Positions 1 to 14,198 of a stretch of 64,000 bases of DNA are shown piece after piece. Position 1 is the stretch's first letter; each line of letters opens with the position of its first letter. The position numbers were made by a program, and so were the translations under genes. The DNA is from Lingula anatina (Eukaryota > Animalia > Brachiopoda). The stretch covers positions 6,262,001-6,326,000 of the forward strand of contig CM120642.1 in assembly GCA_051362555.1 (NCBI GenBank), written 5' to 3'. The notes below the pieces were generated by a model. The model saw only the letters and a program-made list of their open reading frames with translations. It was not told where the DNA came from and searched no databases.

Positions 1-2052
1 TATCAAAATAAGTAAGGTATTTTGGAATTCAGAGTAATCGCCATAACCCAGTGTCCTTGATGAAGTGCACCAGTGATTATAGCATGCAAAGCTATTATAG
101 CTCTGCTACTAGTAAAGTAATTCTACAGATAAATCAATAGACTTTGTGAGGACATACATGTCCTTTTTTGTAAGCAAAATTGCTAACATAATTTGTAATT
201 TATGATTAATTGTCAGTAACAATCTTTTTAAATTTTTATTTACAAAGGTACTATATAATGGAATGATCATAGATTTTTGACAGGTATTACTTTTTCAAAG
301 CTTAAACGCAAGTAAAATATATGTCTGATTTTTTTCACAAGATCAACAAGTGATCAGGAATTTCTTATTGTCAAACATCTATTTTAGTCCACTTACAAAA
401 GAAAACAACAATTGATTCATCACTATAAGGCCAGTGGGCTCAGAACTCTGTCAAACTCAAAATGAAAATGTAATAATGAAGATTGACACCAAAATTGATT
501 CAAAAGACCCCACCAGCAATGAATTGTTACTATCAAAGCGTTTCACTTTTGAACCCATAGATTCCTATTCTTAAGCAGGTTCTTATTAAAGAAAAATGGA
601 TCATACTTCAAAGGCGTTTTTTCTACTTTGTAACTGCTCCTTAAGTATTACCCTGTGACACCTTGGTGTGCATAGAGACACAGGAAAGACCAGGTGAGGC
701 AAGATACGGGGACATTGAGAGAAAAATAATGGAAAAAGGTTCTGTAAAAAATTGAATCCAGGTGTGCTTTTTTTTTTTTTTTTTGGGGGGGGGGGGGTGC
801 TGAATGCAAAAACGTGCATGGGCTTTAATGGTATTGAATACTGTTTTTAATATATTTTAAAAATTCTTTTTCTTGCTGTTATTATTATTATTATTGTTAT
901 GGTTGCTGTGGTGGTGGTGTTGTGAGAATGAAAGCAATATATCTGGGCAGACTGTTCTTTTTTATGTGCCAACATGCATATATTCAGTAACAGAAAAAGT
1001 GCTCTTTGTGAATATATCATTTGATATGGAATTGGTATTTAAGAATAAGTTTTAAGTTCACCACAATGCTTATAATTTTGTTTGTGTATTTTGCAATAAA
1101 AGAGCAGTTTAGAGTCAATCAGCATTTTCGTAAAAGAAAGTGTGTCCTACTAAGTTTGGCTTGATCCTATGTAGAAGGATTATTATTGGATAACTCGACA
1201 GTTTTGGCATGATAATTGTGCATGTACTCTTCCAGTGAGGCTAATTTTCCTTAAGACCGAAAAGTAAAGTGACTTGCACTAGAAGACATCTTGACAGACC
1301 CGCATTTTTGACCATAAGGATTTGTTTACTTTGATTCCTTTGGATTAACAGAAAGTTTTAAGAAAACTTACTTGGGGTTAAATCCATGATCTTCATATTA
1401 ATATAAGTTTTATGTACTACTTAAAATTCTTCATTTAAACATGCAAGTTTCTCAGTCTTGACTTGACAATTTTTCATGTCCATGTCATATTCTACCAAAT
1501 ATAGCATCTTTTCTTAAAACTTGCCCCTCATTTGTGATTTATTTATATTGGTCACTGGCTGGTTGACAAGCCATCTGCTGGTTTGTGGACACATGGAACA
1601 TGTCCACCCATTCAAATCATGTGTCATCTTTAAGTGAAGGCGTGTTCAGACAAATCTGGACAAGGAACAATTTAGGTCCATATTAAGCCACCAGTTACAC
1701 AAATAACTTAACTGGTCAGTAAGTTCTCTTCAGCCCAACTGTGCTCCAACAATTTAAAAGAGAGTGTTCTCAACAGAGCTCAGGTTGTCCAGTTTTTTTT
1801 TTTTTTTTTTTTTTTTTCAGTTAATGACATGTTTTAGGCCAAAACCGATACAGGTGGGTATTTAGATGTGAGCACATGTATATTGGCAGGGGGAGATATG
1901 TACTAATACCTGTATGTCAAAACCACCTGTCACTGGGCCAGACTGGGCTCCTCTCAGACTGGTGACAAGGAGGAATGACAGCTGGCACTGAGAAATATGC
2001 CATACCATGTACTAACCAACTTTGACTTTGAACTTGACATATAGTATTTGTT

Positions 2053-2057
2053 CTCTC

Positions 2058-2132
<75 letters not shown>
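2053..2132. repeat. Compound microsatellite (CT)n(CA)n
   Basis: Directly visible. Confidence 0.95.
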
Positions 2133-2135
<3 letters not shown>

Positions 2136-5100
2136 GCATTGGCAGTTCCCCCTTTCACCTGTCACCTTGGCACCTTATGCCTGGTGTCATTGGCCTACCA
2201 TCGTTGAGTTATATTAATTGCCATGAGCTATTTTAAGATGATGCTTTCTACAGTGTGGCTATAAATGAAGTAAATATGTAACACAAAGTTTGGCAAGGAA
2301 ATCTCATTAGCTTAGTATTCCAAATTGTAACTACAACTCTTTTATCTTTGATATTCTTTGTGATATTTTAAAGAAAAAAGTATTTTTTTTTTTTTTGGAC
2401 ATTTTAGAGTCAGGACGTCCTCTTACCTCTTGATAATTCGATGTTTCCTCCTTATTTTGAACATCATCTTCCGTTGCATTGAATTTTTTGGCAAGGTTCT
2501 TGTATCAGAGACTTTGTTCGCATGCAGATTGAGGAGTTTTCATTAAATATTAAAGATTATTGAAATTTCCTTCATAACTGAGCATCTAAATTGGCTAATC
2601 ATAAATCTGGATGAAATATTAATGCTCTTGTATTTTCTTGATGGTTCCTCTGAATTACTTTGTTAATCCATACCTCAAGAGATTAAGTATGCCTCAGAAG
2701 AACTTTGTGTCATAAAATAATTGTAGAATTTGACCTGAGGAAATGTTCATTATGAGCTTAATGATTCCTTGCTTGTCCTCACTTTTTTCTAAAGAATTCT
2801 GTTTCCTATTGTTATGAGAGGATATTCACATCATCATCCATTTTTGCAGAGTTAAAAAAAAAAAAACAGAATCCTCCCACGTCTTGATTGCATATCATAA
2901 TTATATCCATATACTGTGTCAGATGGGCACTGTAAAGATCCTCACAAAGGAATCCAATATTTCCGTTTTGAATTTCAGTTTCTCATGCACTGCAGATATG
3001 TGTTCTCCCTCTTTTTTCCTTGACTGACGGAGGTTGTGAGTGAGCGATCTCTTTTCATTGTATTCACGTCAGTGTTCCCTATGTGACCTCTCAGGATCAA
3101 TTTTCTAACCCTTAACTGCTAATACCTTAACTTTGCCACCCTCTTTTTTTCCCTGCACCGCAGCTCACACACCACAAACCCAGTGGAGATTTTCAAACGA
3201 CCCAGGCACTATTCACTAAGACTTTCTGTAATCTTCATTTCCATACTCATTCAGGGGCCAGTAAGCTCACCACATGGGGACTGGATTAAGCATAGGGAAT
3301 GTTGATCATTAGTTATGCATTGCTCTGGCCTGTAGTAAGATAGTATAGGCCAGGTGGATGTGTATGTAATGTTCAGGTGACTGTTAGATCATTGTGCACT
3401 GCTAACACAATGAAGCGACAGGTGGCTTGGATGCTAATTTTAACTAACAGTACAGAAATGTGGTCAAAGAGATTAAGATGTCTTTACCTGGCCCAGCTTT
3501 TACTTTCATTTGTGTCTGCTTATATGTGGTTTTGGATAAGAAAGATTAAATCCCATTACTGATGGATTATTATTATTATTGGGGAAATGTTAATGTATAA
3601 GTATATTATTTTTAAATTTAGAAAAAGAAATTTGTTTCAAAATATCGTGTTCTTATATTTGTGGCAGATAGAGTTGAATGAAAAGTATGTGCACCTTACC
3701 TTTTTTATAACTGATTTATACCTCCTTTCCCCCAATGCAGAATCAGATATATTAAATGTTATACAGGTATTTAATAATATTCACTGTCATGTATATAGAT
3801 GAAGTATGTATATTAGGATGCATATATACTCCTAAGTAGGTTTTGATTTCATAAGTGACACACATTTGAAAATAAATGAAATATATTTGGTGAAAAGACA
3901 AAGAATACATCTTTGACCTCTTCTCCTTATAATCACATATATAAAACAAAATAAGCCACAGGTTATCTTGATGTCAGTGATAAAAATTGTGAACACAATA
4001 ATTTTCTTAAAAAACCACACAATTTATCAGACGTGTAGTAAAGATGGACAAGATAGTCCTCAAGACATGTTATCGTATTTTGTTGGCAGGTGTCAGGGGT
4101 AATCATTTCCACCTCTAACAGCATGTTTTTTACTTTATCTATACCTGAATGCTATCCCCTACTTTAAATGACAGGGCCAGAGACATGTATATCATGTAAT
4201 CTTTGTAATATTTGTTTGGTTGACAGGTTTAGCCAAAGGCCCAATATGTCAGTGGCATGATAAAAGGAGAAAATTTTACGATCTGTTTCTGAAAAATGAG
4301 AGAGAAAAATTCAGCGTTTGTTTGATTAGATTGGATGAAAGTTCCTGAATGGACATGTTATGACACCAATTCGGTGGTATATTTCAAAAATGAAAATGGA
4401 AAGCTTTGAATTTAGAAAATTTTAAAAAGTATATTTATACTCAGATTTTCTTTCCTTGATTGGGGACTTTTTTTCAGCCAGTCTGATAAGTTTGGCATTT
4501 TACCTGGTTGGTTTCTATGGTAAATGGTCCATTTTCTGTAAGTTGTTGTTTGTGTGCATTGCTAAAACAGTACTGGACTTCATCAGTTTTCTGTAATCAG
4601 ACCCATATCCTGGTTTATTGTAAATATTTTTAAAAATATCTGAAATATTACACCTTTAAAGAAAATTTCAAAGGAAAAATGCAAAAGGAAATAATGTATG
4701 AATATATCCCTATCCCAAGTATATTTAAGTCCATGATTGTAAACCAATAACAGAAAATAATGCAAATCTCTACTTTGACTTGTGTCTATAAGCCCATTGT
4801 TGCTCAGGTGTATGGAAGAGTTAATTGGCTGTCACTGCCTTTTTATTGTGCCATTATGATTGCACAGAAATAGGGACGATGAGTAGGTGACAGTAGGTTT
4901 TCTTCATGTTTTGTGTGAGATATTTAATAAATGTGTGATAGGCTCTGGTCTATTGAAAAAAGTGTCAAAAGAGGAGGACATGTCTTTTTCATAAAAAGTG
5001 GACCCTTTTTAGTTGATCCAGCTTTAGAAATGGCACAGATCCTAGATCAAATTTTGAATCAGAATTTTGTGGACCTTTTCTGGCCAAAAGGGCAGGGCTT

Positions 5101-7007
5101 TTGAACCCCTTCTCCTTGCACAGGGCACAGCACTGAATCTATTTGTATATCCCCATTAGTTGTATACTCTGATCGATGTGCCTGATTCAAGACATGTTGG
5201 CAGCAGAAATGCCCTCTATTGGCAGAAATTCTGTAAAAAGATTGAGGAGTTTCTGGTTAAAGAAGACTTGTTTTATTATCTTTTTGATATTATTTTTTTG
5301 TGTAATGGAATTCATTAGTTTTACATAAAAAGATATCACAAACCAGATTTCAAACTCAAATAAATTTAGTTCAAACTATAACATTTTCAAACTGTCAGCA
5401 GCTTCTTCTATTAGGTTTTTAAAAAAATTATACATTCCAGATGCCTTTATGCTAAACTTAATAACTTTATGCTGGTAATGTGGTACTAAATTGAAAAAGA
5501 AGGTCAGGCCAAAGTTTCTGTTTGAAAATTGCCTTCTTTTGTTATGTCCCTGTCCCACATTGTTGCCTGACACTTTCTGACATATTCAGGTTCTTTATCG
5601 TTATAAGGGAGTTCCCAGTAAACTCAAGCCTTGCATTCTAAACAGCAAACTACTGGCCCATGAGATTAAGAAGTTATTTTTTAAAAAATCAATAAAAAAG
5701 AAATAAAGAAATTTAGCAAATACTGAGGGTACTTATGCGAGTATATAACACTATAGGATAATACACCTGTAATAAAAAAAAGTAGATTCCATTCAAGTCA
5801 TTCAAAACTTCATTTTGAAACTTACCTCGTGACCTGACTTAAAAGCACCCCCATGCTGAAGAACGGAAAGGAGTTGTATATATCCTCCTACAATAATGCT
5901 ACACCTGTGTGTCTGAACATCTAGGTGTGCTTCACCACCTCATGTTGTGTCTAAGCCATATGTGTATCCCTGTTCAGCCTCCAACTTTGTTGTGTCACTC
6001 CAGTGTTTTGTATCTGACAGATGACACATCATGGTGCATAGATATATACCCTTAAGGTAGTACAGTTCACTATGGTACACTGCCTCTAAAGATAGACCAC
6101 ACCACAGTAATTACGGCCTACAATTTGAACATGCCTGCCACCAGAGGCGGGTTTCACCCCAAAGAACTGATGCCTAAAAAATTTTGGACCAGATATTTGG
6201 TCTACTTTGGCTCAAGATATATTCACAGAAATTTCCAGAAATAAAGTAAATATTGACACAAGGCGTTTATCATGCCTTTCTTGTGAAATGGGTGCAGTAT
6301 TTCATTTTATAGGAATACATCTACTACTGATTCATCTTCTGTCGTAGTAGACGGAAATTTTAGTCTGTAAGTTTAGACCAATTTTTGAGCTTAAGATATT
6401 TTTTCGAACCGACCCACATAAAATAGAGTGTATCAGCTAGGCCTCTGCAGTCAACGGAGCCTCCTCCTTTATGCTACTGCAGGGATCATTTATGCAGAAC
6501 GCCCGCGAGCCATGTAATTTTCTACCTCTGATAAAAAGCTGGAGTATTTTGTGTCAGTTACTATGCTGAGATTTATCATAACTTGTCAGTGATTTGACTT
6601 GACAGTAGAACAGGTCTTGGGTTCCTGCAGGGTGAAGGAATGTGTGCTTATTTTTTAAGTTAGTCTGTTTGCTAACTTTATGCTTTGAGTAGTCTCCCCC
6701 ATTTTTTTTTCCTAGTGCTTTTTTAGATCTTATGATATTTTATTTTCATCAGTTACCTGTGCACACGTCTGTCTGTTAAATTTTTCTGATGATTTTGATT
6801 GTCTCACTTGTGTTGCTTTCCATTTGTCATGTATTAATAGTCACCAATAAAAGTAAATGCATGATGTGTGACATTGTATGCATGAAGACAATTATGATAA
6901 CATGAAATTATTTTAAAATTTAAACTGCTATTAGTTACGAAATTTTATTCATTTTGCAGTCCATCGTTTTCTGACTCCAAATTTTTACATGGAACTCATG
7001 AAATTAT

Positions 7008-7183
7008 GGCCTCATTCAGAATAGGGGACTAACTAGTCTGAGGGTCAAATATGGCCGACCCGCTTGATATCTATTCCCACGGGATATCTATTCATTGTCT
7101 ATTAGCGGATTAGATGGCAAGCTTTGAAGTGGGTTGCCATATTTGACCCTTGGACTACTAAGTCCCTTATTCTGAATGGGACC
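7008..7183. mobile_element. MITE with long imperfect TIRs and 3-bp TAT target duplication (PIF/Harbinger-like)
   Basis: GGCCTCATTCAGAATAGGGGACT...AGGGTCAAATATGGC pairs with GCCATATTTGACCCT...AGTCCCTTATTCTGAATGGGACC; TAT on both sides. Diverged relatives at about 46273-46460 and 57630-57753. Confidence 0.75.
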
Positions 7184-10063
7184 TATGTTGAAGACATTTC
7201 TGTGTGCCATCTGCTCTCGCAAAGAAGCCAAGCTAGTAATTTTTTTGTCATGTTCCAAGTAACTTATATTTTGTCAAATCTCTGATAGATTATAAGAAAT
7301 AAAGCCCAAATACTTTGTCATGGAAAATTATATTTGAAATAGTTGTCAAAATGTAATAAGTTAGCATGAATGAATCTTTGCTTCAATTTGAACTTTGTCA
7401 TGACGCATGTTCACTCCATACCTGTTTTGGTAACAATGTTTTTTCAATGAAAGTATAGAAAATGTTATGCATGAACAATATTTCACCTCAGGGGAAAGTT
7501 TCCTGAAAGATATCTTGTCACCCATGCTTTATAATCAACTTTGTTATTCATGCAGTGACATGTTTTTTAACAAAGGGGGCCATTTTAAAATGACGCCATT
7601 TTTATCAGAACATGACATCAGAAATAGATGTTGAGATAGGCAGGGTTGAGTCATTTTGTAAAACTAGGATAGACAATATAGCTGCATTAATTTTGCAATT
7701 CAACACTTTTGTGTGTAATACATTATTTTAAGCTGTTAACCACAGAACACATTTTTTCCCTATTTTATATATAAATAAAATGGAAAAAGGAGAATTGCAT
7801 GACACAATATAAGTATCAAATATGTATATGATCAAGTTAAAGCAAGTTTAAAGAAAACATGGTGGAGCACTAGTACGTGATCTCTCAGTCACCCACATTC
7901 TATTTACTTCTTTAAAAGCCTCATGTTCACCCGTTCTGTAACCGTTCAAGTTTAAATGCTTGTAGCACAAGAAAATCTTTACAGGAGTGTTTAAGTTCCT
8001 CTCCATTAGTGAATTGAGAGGTTGTTCCACATAGTTTCCTTCTTAGAAGGTAAATATTAGCTTGTGCTGGGTAGACATAAGAGCCACCCTCACCCAGACT
8101 CCCACCAATCTCTCTCCATACAATGACGTGTTGTAGTGAAGAGCCGGTTTCCCTCTTATCGTTGCTACTCAGCAGTCCAAGCTTGTTAGTCAGTGGGGTG
8201 GGGAGGATTCTTCCAGTTGCAGGGTTTATTCTTCTTTTTATTCGTCTAATATTAATTTGGTTATTATATATGATTTTTTTTTTCTTTTTTTTTTTTTTTT
8301 TTTTTTTTTTTTGCACTTGCTCTTGTCACTTGCGTGTGTGTGTGTAAATGAAGGTTTGGAAAGTTAATGGATTTTACAAATTTTAAAAAGACAGAAACAT
8401 CATTTTAGTATTCTACATTTCCATTTCTGTATTCATGTCAAAGTATACAACCAAATGGGGATTTTTTTACGACTCATTCAACTCATTATTGTTTTTATAG
8501 ATTGTATATTTTTCATTTACTATATCTTTATGGTGGTAAAAGTATGATGCCCATTTGATAAGGAAGTGGAATCAAAAGTCCTTCCTTGAAATCAGTCCTG
8601 AAAGATTCACAGTAAATAGGGGATCAGTTATCAAACTTTTATATTTGATAGAACTGGTAATGTCACTGCAAAAACATGGGATGTGAATTCCACAGATATG
8701 ATAAGTGAAATCTGAACTTGGGTTATTACTGCAATCTAGAACTTGACACCTGTACATACATTGTGTTCTAGCTGGAGTGTGTAATACTTTTTTCCACTTA
8801 CCATTTTCACAGTTGTAGGACAGCCAGCCATCATGATAAAAAGTTATATTTCCACCCAGTATTTGAACAGCCAAGTCCCCCTTCCAGCCGTTGATGTGTG
8901 AAGCAAAAGTAGAAAGAAGCCCTGCTAATTTGATGAGTCCCCTTTTAGAATAACAGTACTTGTGTTTTCATTGGTGGTACAGAGGCGTTCTGAAAACACC
9001 ACCGGGCTTTTGTTCCCCGTCTAATGTCTCCCTTCACTGAAGTGAATAATAACCACAAGAGGTGAATCGCTTGTGTCGTCTCTCTCTGCAAGACGATCGA
9101 ACAGGTTGGTCATCTCCAATAGATCCTGTATCTCACACCCAAGTCTTCCCCCTTAGAAGGGTCCCGTTATAGTGACTAGTAATTATCTAGTTGAGTAATG
9201 CTATACAGACTTAGGTGCACCATCAAAGGTAAGGCAGGTATTGTTGGAGTGAATTTGATCTCAAAATTAGGCCTACCTTTTGAAGTCATTGAAAAGTCTA
9301 TTTGTTGACTTAGTTCAAGCTGTGTTATTCTTGAGTGTGTAATAAGGGGGAGTATGTATATACTGCCTAAAACACACTAACTCCACAAAATTCCTGACTC
9401 TTTAGAAAAGGGTGCCTTGCTGCTTGCTAAATAAGAGTTGACAATGAGTCAGTCAAGTTTCCCCCAACAACCCCCGCGGGGTTATAATTACTTTTGCATG
9501 GTTTACAAACTTCTCAACAACATCTTGCTCATGCAAGCGAAATGCAGAATTCTTCATGTTTAGTTTCTGTAGGCCTGGAAGGATTTGTATACATGAAAAA
9601 GATATGGTTACTGACAATATAAAAGGAAGTATATTTACTTAATGTGCTAATGAACTTCCATATTATGCCAGTCTTTTTAGTTGTGAGTTCATTATAATCA
9701 AGACAAACGGTGACCTTGAAAATATCCTTAAATATGCATAACCTACCTGACAGTGACATATATTTATTCAACTTCTTGCAATTAAAAAAAACATTTTCCT
9801 TACTTCAAGTAACATTTCATTTTTAGATGGTTAGATTTTAATGACATGACTAATAATTAATGCATTATAATTTATAGTCTTTAAATCATTTCAACCTTAC
9901 AACTATATTGGATACTTTGTTCTGGCACTTCTGCCCTTTATTAATTTATCAATTTGAACATTTATCTTGAAACAAGTTTTAAAAAAATCCTATATAAGGA
10001 AAATATCAAGATATTAACCTCAACCTTATTTTTCAAAAAATGTTGTTTTTTTTTCAATTTTAG

Positions 10064-10929
10064 GAGGAAGAAGCAGAGTGGGTGGGTCTCACCATCAAAG
10101 AAGCAATCATAAAGCAGTTAAACATTGAAAAAATACAGGAACTTAAAAACAAAACCCCATTACAAGATATATTTGTGGATGAATTAGTTAAAGAACTTCA
10201 AGGTAAGCAAGGGCAATTTTTTACTTCATATCTGCTTTTTAAATCAACAGAAATATAACTCTGTGGCCTTGGAATGTCATCTTACAAAGCAATACAAAAG
10301 TACACAGGTTAATTCTACAGAAAAAGAGAAAACTACAGTAAAAAAATATCTGTGGATAAATTTTGTTATCTTTACATGTTGCCGCACTGCACTTGCTTGT
10401 TTGTCTTCATTTCTGACCTCAATCTCCTATCAGAGAATTAGGTCTAACAATCACATTTTTCTTTTGTTCTTTTTCAAACAAGAAAAAAATGAAGCAGGAA
10501 GGTATGTACATGTGTGCAAACATGCACTTTATATTTATTAATAGATTAATTTACTTAATAGTGAGGAAATTTTTAATTTATTAATTTATTTGATGGGGTT
10601 TGGGAGTTTGTTGAATTTTCTTGTATCTTGCCTCACATATTTGTGTTTAATTTTTAAAAAGGTAGACATGAGCCTGGGGTTTGAATTTAAATCTCTAAAT
10701 ATTTAATTTCGGCATTAATGTATACTGGCCGGGAATCTGGGGCCGCCTGAAGAACTGAAATGAAAATTTTGCAGTTTTGAAAAAAAAGCTCATGCCTGAA
10801 AAGGCAAGCTGAATGAAGCTTAGTTATAATGATTTTTTTTCTTTTTATCCTTTCAGCTCGGAATTACCAGGAGGAAGTATTTTTGAGAAATTCATGCCAT
10901 TTAAGACACCTGAAAAACCAAGCACGTGA
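10064..10929 (+). CDS. MRPL28: Mitochondrial ribosomal protein L28 (bL28m), 3' coding exons only (partial gene)
   Basis: Exon 10064-10202 (tttag|...AG|gtaagc) reads EEEAEWVGLTIKEAIIKQLNIEKIQELKNKTPLQDIFVDELVKELQ, matching the recalled MRPL28 C-terminal motif EEEAEWVGLTLEEAIEKQ...PL..IYV.EL...LQ. It is followed by a micro-exon at 10483-10501 and a terminal exon at 10857-10929 (SELPGGSIFEKFMPFKTPEKPST*). Upstream exons were not recognised in 1-10063. Confidence 0.88.
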
Positions 10930-12859
10930 CCAAGACACCCCCAATGTCACCAGATAAAACTGATGTCGTCTAACTTTGACAAAAAAAAAACAGTTGTTGT
11001 CAAAACAACAGCCATTATGTACAGTGACAATGGCGAATATTGTGGTAGACTTTTCTGTTTTACACCATTTTGACTGCTCCTAACATGTAATTATGCTAAG
11101 GGTTTTTTTTTTTTTACTCCAGGCCCTTTGACAAGATTGCTTCCAACTGTTTGGACTAATCAAGATTAATCCAGATCCAAAATTATGTAATAACCAGGTC
11201 ATCAAGTTGCCCATCTCTCAGAATGAAACAAGATAGTAAAGTGTATCACGCAATGTGTAAAAAAGTTAAAAATGTACAGAAGCAATTTTGATCAAATGGG
11301 TCAGATAACCCCAGCTTGCATCGGAACAACAGGCAGATTGATAAGAACTGCTCGCTCTTATAAAAAAGTTCATATTTTTGTTAAAAAGCAGTGCTGTAAA
11401 ATAGGTGATCCAATTTATGAATTTACTTCAAAAGATACCTGTGCAAAAAACCCACCGTTCTAGTTGCAGTTAAATGTAGATTGAATGGTAAGGACTTCTT
11501 GACTTTTCAAAAGTGACTGCTTTTCTTAAAAAGCAATACTGTAAAATAGGTGAGATAGTTTTTAAATTGAGTCTCAATGATACTGATTAAGAAGTCACAA
11601 GATTCTGGTTTAATGTAGTTTACTGTACTTTTGATCCAACTGACCATTTCAACTTAATGCTAATACAAAATAAGATTATGTATTATATATCTGAATCTAT
11701 ATATTTTAAACAAAGTAGCTGAAAATACTTTTTGCACCACTTGTTTCAGATGATCAGAATGCTTCCCTATGAAGTACAATATACAGTTTTTATAATTGTC
11801 CAAAATTATTCAAAAGTAAGTTGAATAGAATACAATAAAGAAAATCACATACTGAAGTTACAAGGGTTGTTTTTGTTCATTTAGTTTAATGGTCAGTGAA
11901 CCAGTATGATGGATTTAAATGAATTGAATGCAGTAGAACGTCTGATTGATTAGTAATAACACCGTATTTTAATACAATGTTATACAATCATATTTAAGTT
12001 GAGCATCTACCACTGATGATAAAGAGCCACGACTAGACAGGCAAAGCTTTCATACTGGCATATGACCGATTTTTGAAAAAAAAATTTAAAAAGTAATGCA
12101 CAAAAATCAATATTAAGTTATTATATCAGAATATCATTTATTTACAAGAGAAAGTTTCAGAGCTTCACTCTATTATATTTATAAATTTGACAAATTCATT
12201 AAATATAAGTATCTAGCATAATTTATTACCTCACTGCTGAAGTCTAAGAGTCCACAAAATAACATTAAATTAACAACTTTAAAGAGTTGCACTTAAGTGA
12301 AATTATTGTATACATCTGTGAGTTTGAAAAATTCCTATGCAATTTTCCTGAAAAAGTTTTCTTATGAAAAATCAATGGTATATTATTTTTCTAAGCACCC
12401 CAGTATAAGAGTGATAAAAAAAGATGAATACAAGCAAAATTACCTTTTCAGCGTGACAAATAAATAATATTTGAACACATCTGAGCATTTTGCAAAATAT
12501 TTAAATGAAAACTACAAAATATACCTTATTTTATTAATTATACCCCCTAACCACTTTTTCTGAAGGGAAATGAAAAAAAATTGTCTCAATAAAGGGGAGA
12601 CTTGTTTCTTGTTACTATATCCGAAATTTCAACAATAAATATGCTTCCCTCTATACAACTGCTGTGCATATAATTATTCTTCCATAATGAAAACAAAACA
12701 GAAATGAAAACTCAATGTCCAAAAAAGTGATGACTAGCATTATGATGATATTTGACAAATGCAGTAATGCCACAAAAGTGACAACAACCTCCTCAGTATA
12801 TCCATTCATCTAATAAGATTGTCACATGAGGAGAAGCCCATAAACATTACAGAAGGGAG

Positions 12860-13123
12860 CAGTTCCACTAAAGCTATAGCCATAAAATTGGTCTTAACTT
12901 TTAGACCCAAAATTTTCATCTTCTTTCACTTGAGATAAATCAGTAGTAGTCAATGAAATAAAACTGTACCTGTGTTAAAACAGGAAAGGCATGGCTAATG
13001 TTTCAGACTAAAACTTTATTTGAGTGAATTTAATGGATTCATGTTGAAGTGATTCAAAATAGACTAAATTTTTGGTCTTAAAGTTCAGACCAATTTTAGG
13101 ACTACAGCTGTTTTGTAAAACCA
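12860..13123. mobile_element. Decayed inverted-repeat (MITE-like) element
   Basis: AAAGCTATAGCCATAAAATTGGTCTTAACTTTTAGACCCAAAATT is mirrored by AATTTTTGGTCTTAAAGTTCAGACCAATTTTAGGACTACAGCTG. Related fragments near 6.2-6.4, 15.55, 45.9-46.2 and 61.7 kb. Confidence 0.55.
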
Positions 13124-13517
13124 ACTTTTGGTGATATTTTGGCTGTCAATAAGCACCACTGCACAATAAAATATATGCAAATGTCAAATCAAGAAGTCCA
13201 TTGAAAATCCCTTACCATTTTGTAATGCTCCATAATGCTCTTTTGAAAGTAAATGCACGGACTGTTCGCAGATCATAGAATATTACCACTCTACAGGAAG
13301 TGTCTCTCTGCATTTTTAAAACTTGAAGTTTTAGAGAGCTGACAATCGCAGGCATAATCTGTCTATCTTTGCAGCTCCACATACCATATTTTCTGAGTGT
13401 TGTGAGACGGTTTTTAACCCTGGGCTCTAACCTTAACAAGATTCTGGATCCACAAGTGAAAATCCCTACTAAGACCCTTTTTTGTGCTTGTCATGATTTT
13501 ATTCTTTCCCAGTCATT

Positions 13518-14148
13518 TCATTTTGACAAAGAGCCTGTAGGAGATTCTTGAAGTAAAGTCTTCCTCCTTGAGGTTTCCTTGGAGATATTTTGCTGTAACT
13601 TGCCTAGTCTTTCCTGAAAAGAAAAAATATTAAACTAAAATTAACTGCAGATAATACTGAAATCATGCCTTCACATTCCCTGACAAGCCTGCAAATCGCA
13701 CCATCCAGTAGGTGGAGATTGATGAGTGCAGACAATGCAAGAATGAAGATTTATAATGTATTACATTTACATTTCACACACATAATCATAATGGCAAATT
13801 AATCTTATTTTAATACATCTACCTGTACCAGACATCAAATTGTGTATAAGCATCATTTTAAATTTGTTCCACTTCAATCAACATTCCAACATTTTTTATC
13901 TTTAGTTCCAAATGCCACCCCTACAGGAAAATCCTGGATCCACAGACCACACAACTTACCTGAGCATTCTGTATAATGTTATTGACCAACATCACCCGCC
14001 GCCTGGCATTATTCAGTTTCTTCACATAGGGTTCCAACTCTACTGGTACTTGCTGGGCATCAGATACTTTCCTTAGGTCTACATAGCAAATAAGGAATTT
14101 AAATGAAATACATGTAGATACCAAACTGTGAAAGGCTTTGTGAATTTC

Positions 14149-14198
<50 letters not shown>

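Noticed and set aside
1917-2236. ORFs with CVCVCV/THTHTH/SLSLSL peptides (also at 26329-26644 and 40282-40542)
   Set aside because: Translations of dinucleotide microsatellites.
7927-8347. 129-aa and 74-aa ORFs
   Set aside because: Driven by a poly(T) tract, with no recognisable homology or consistent exon structure.
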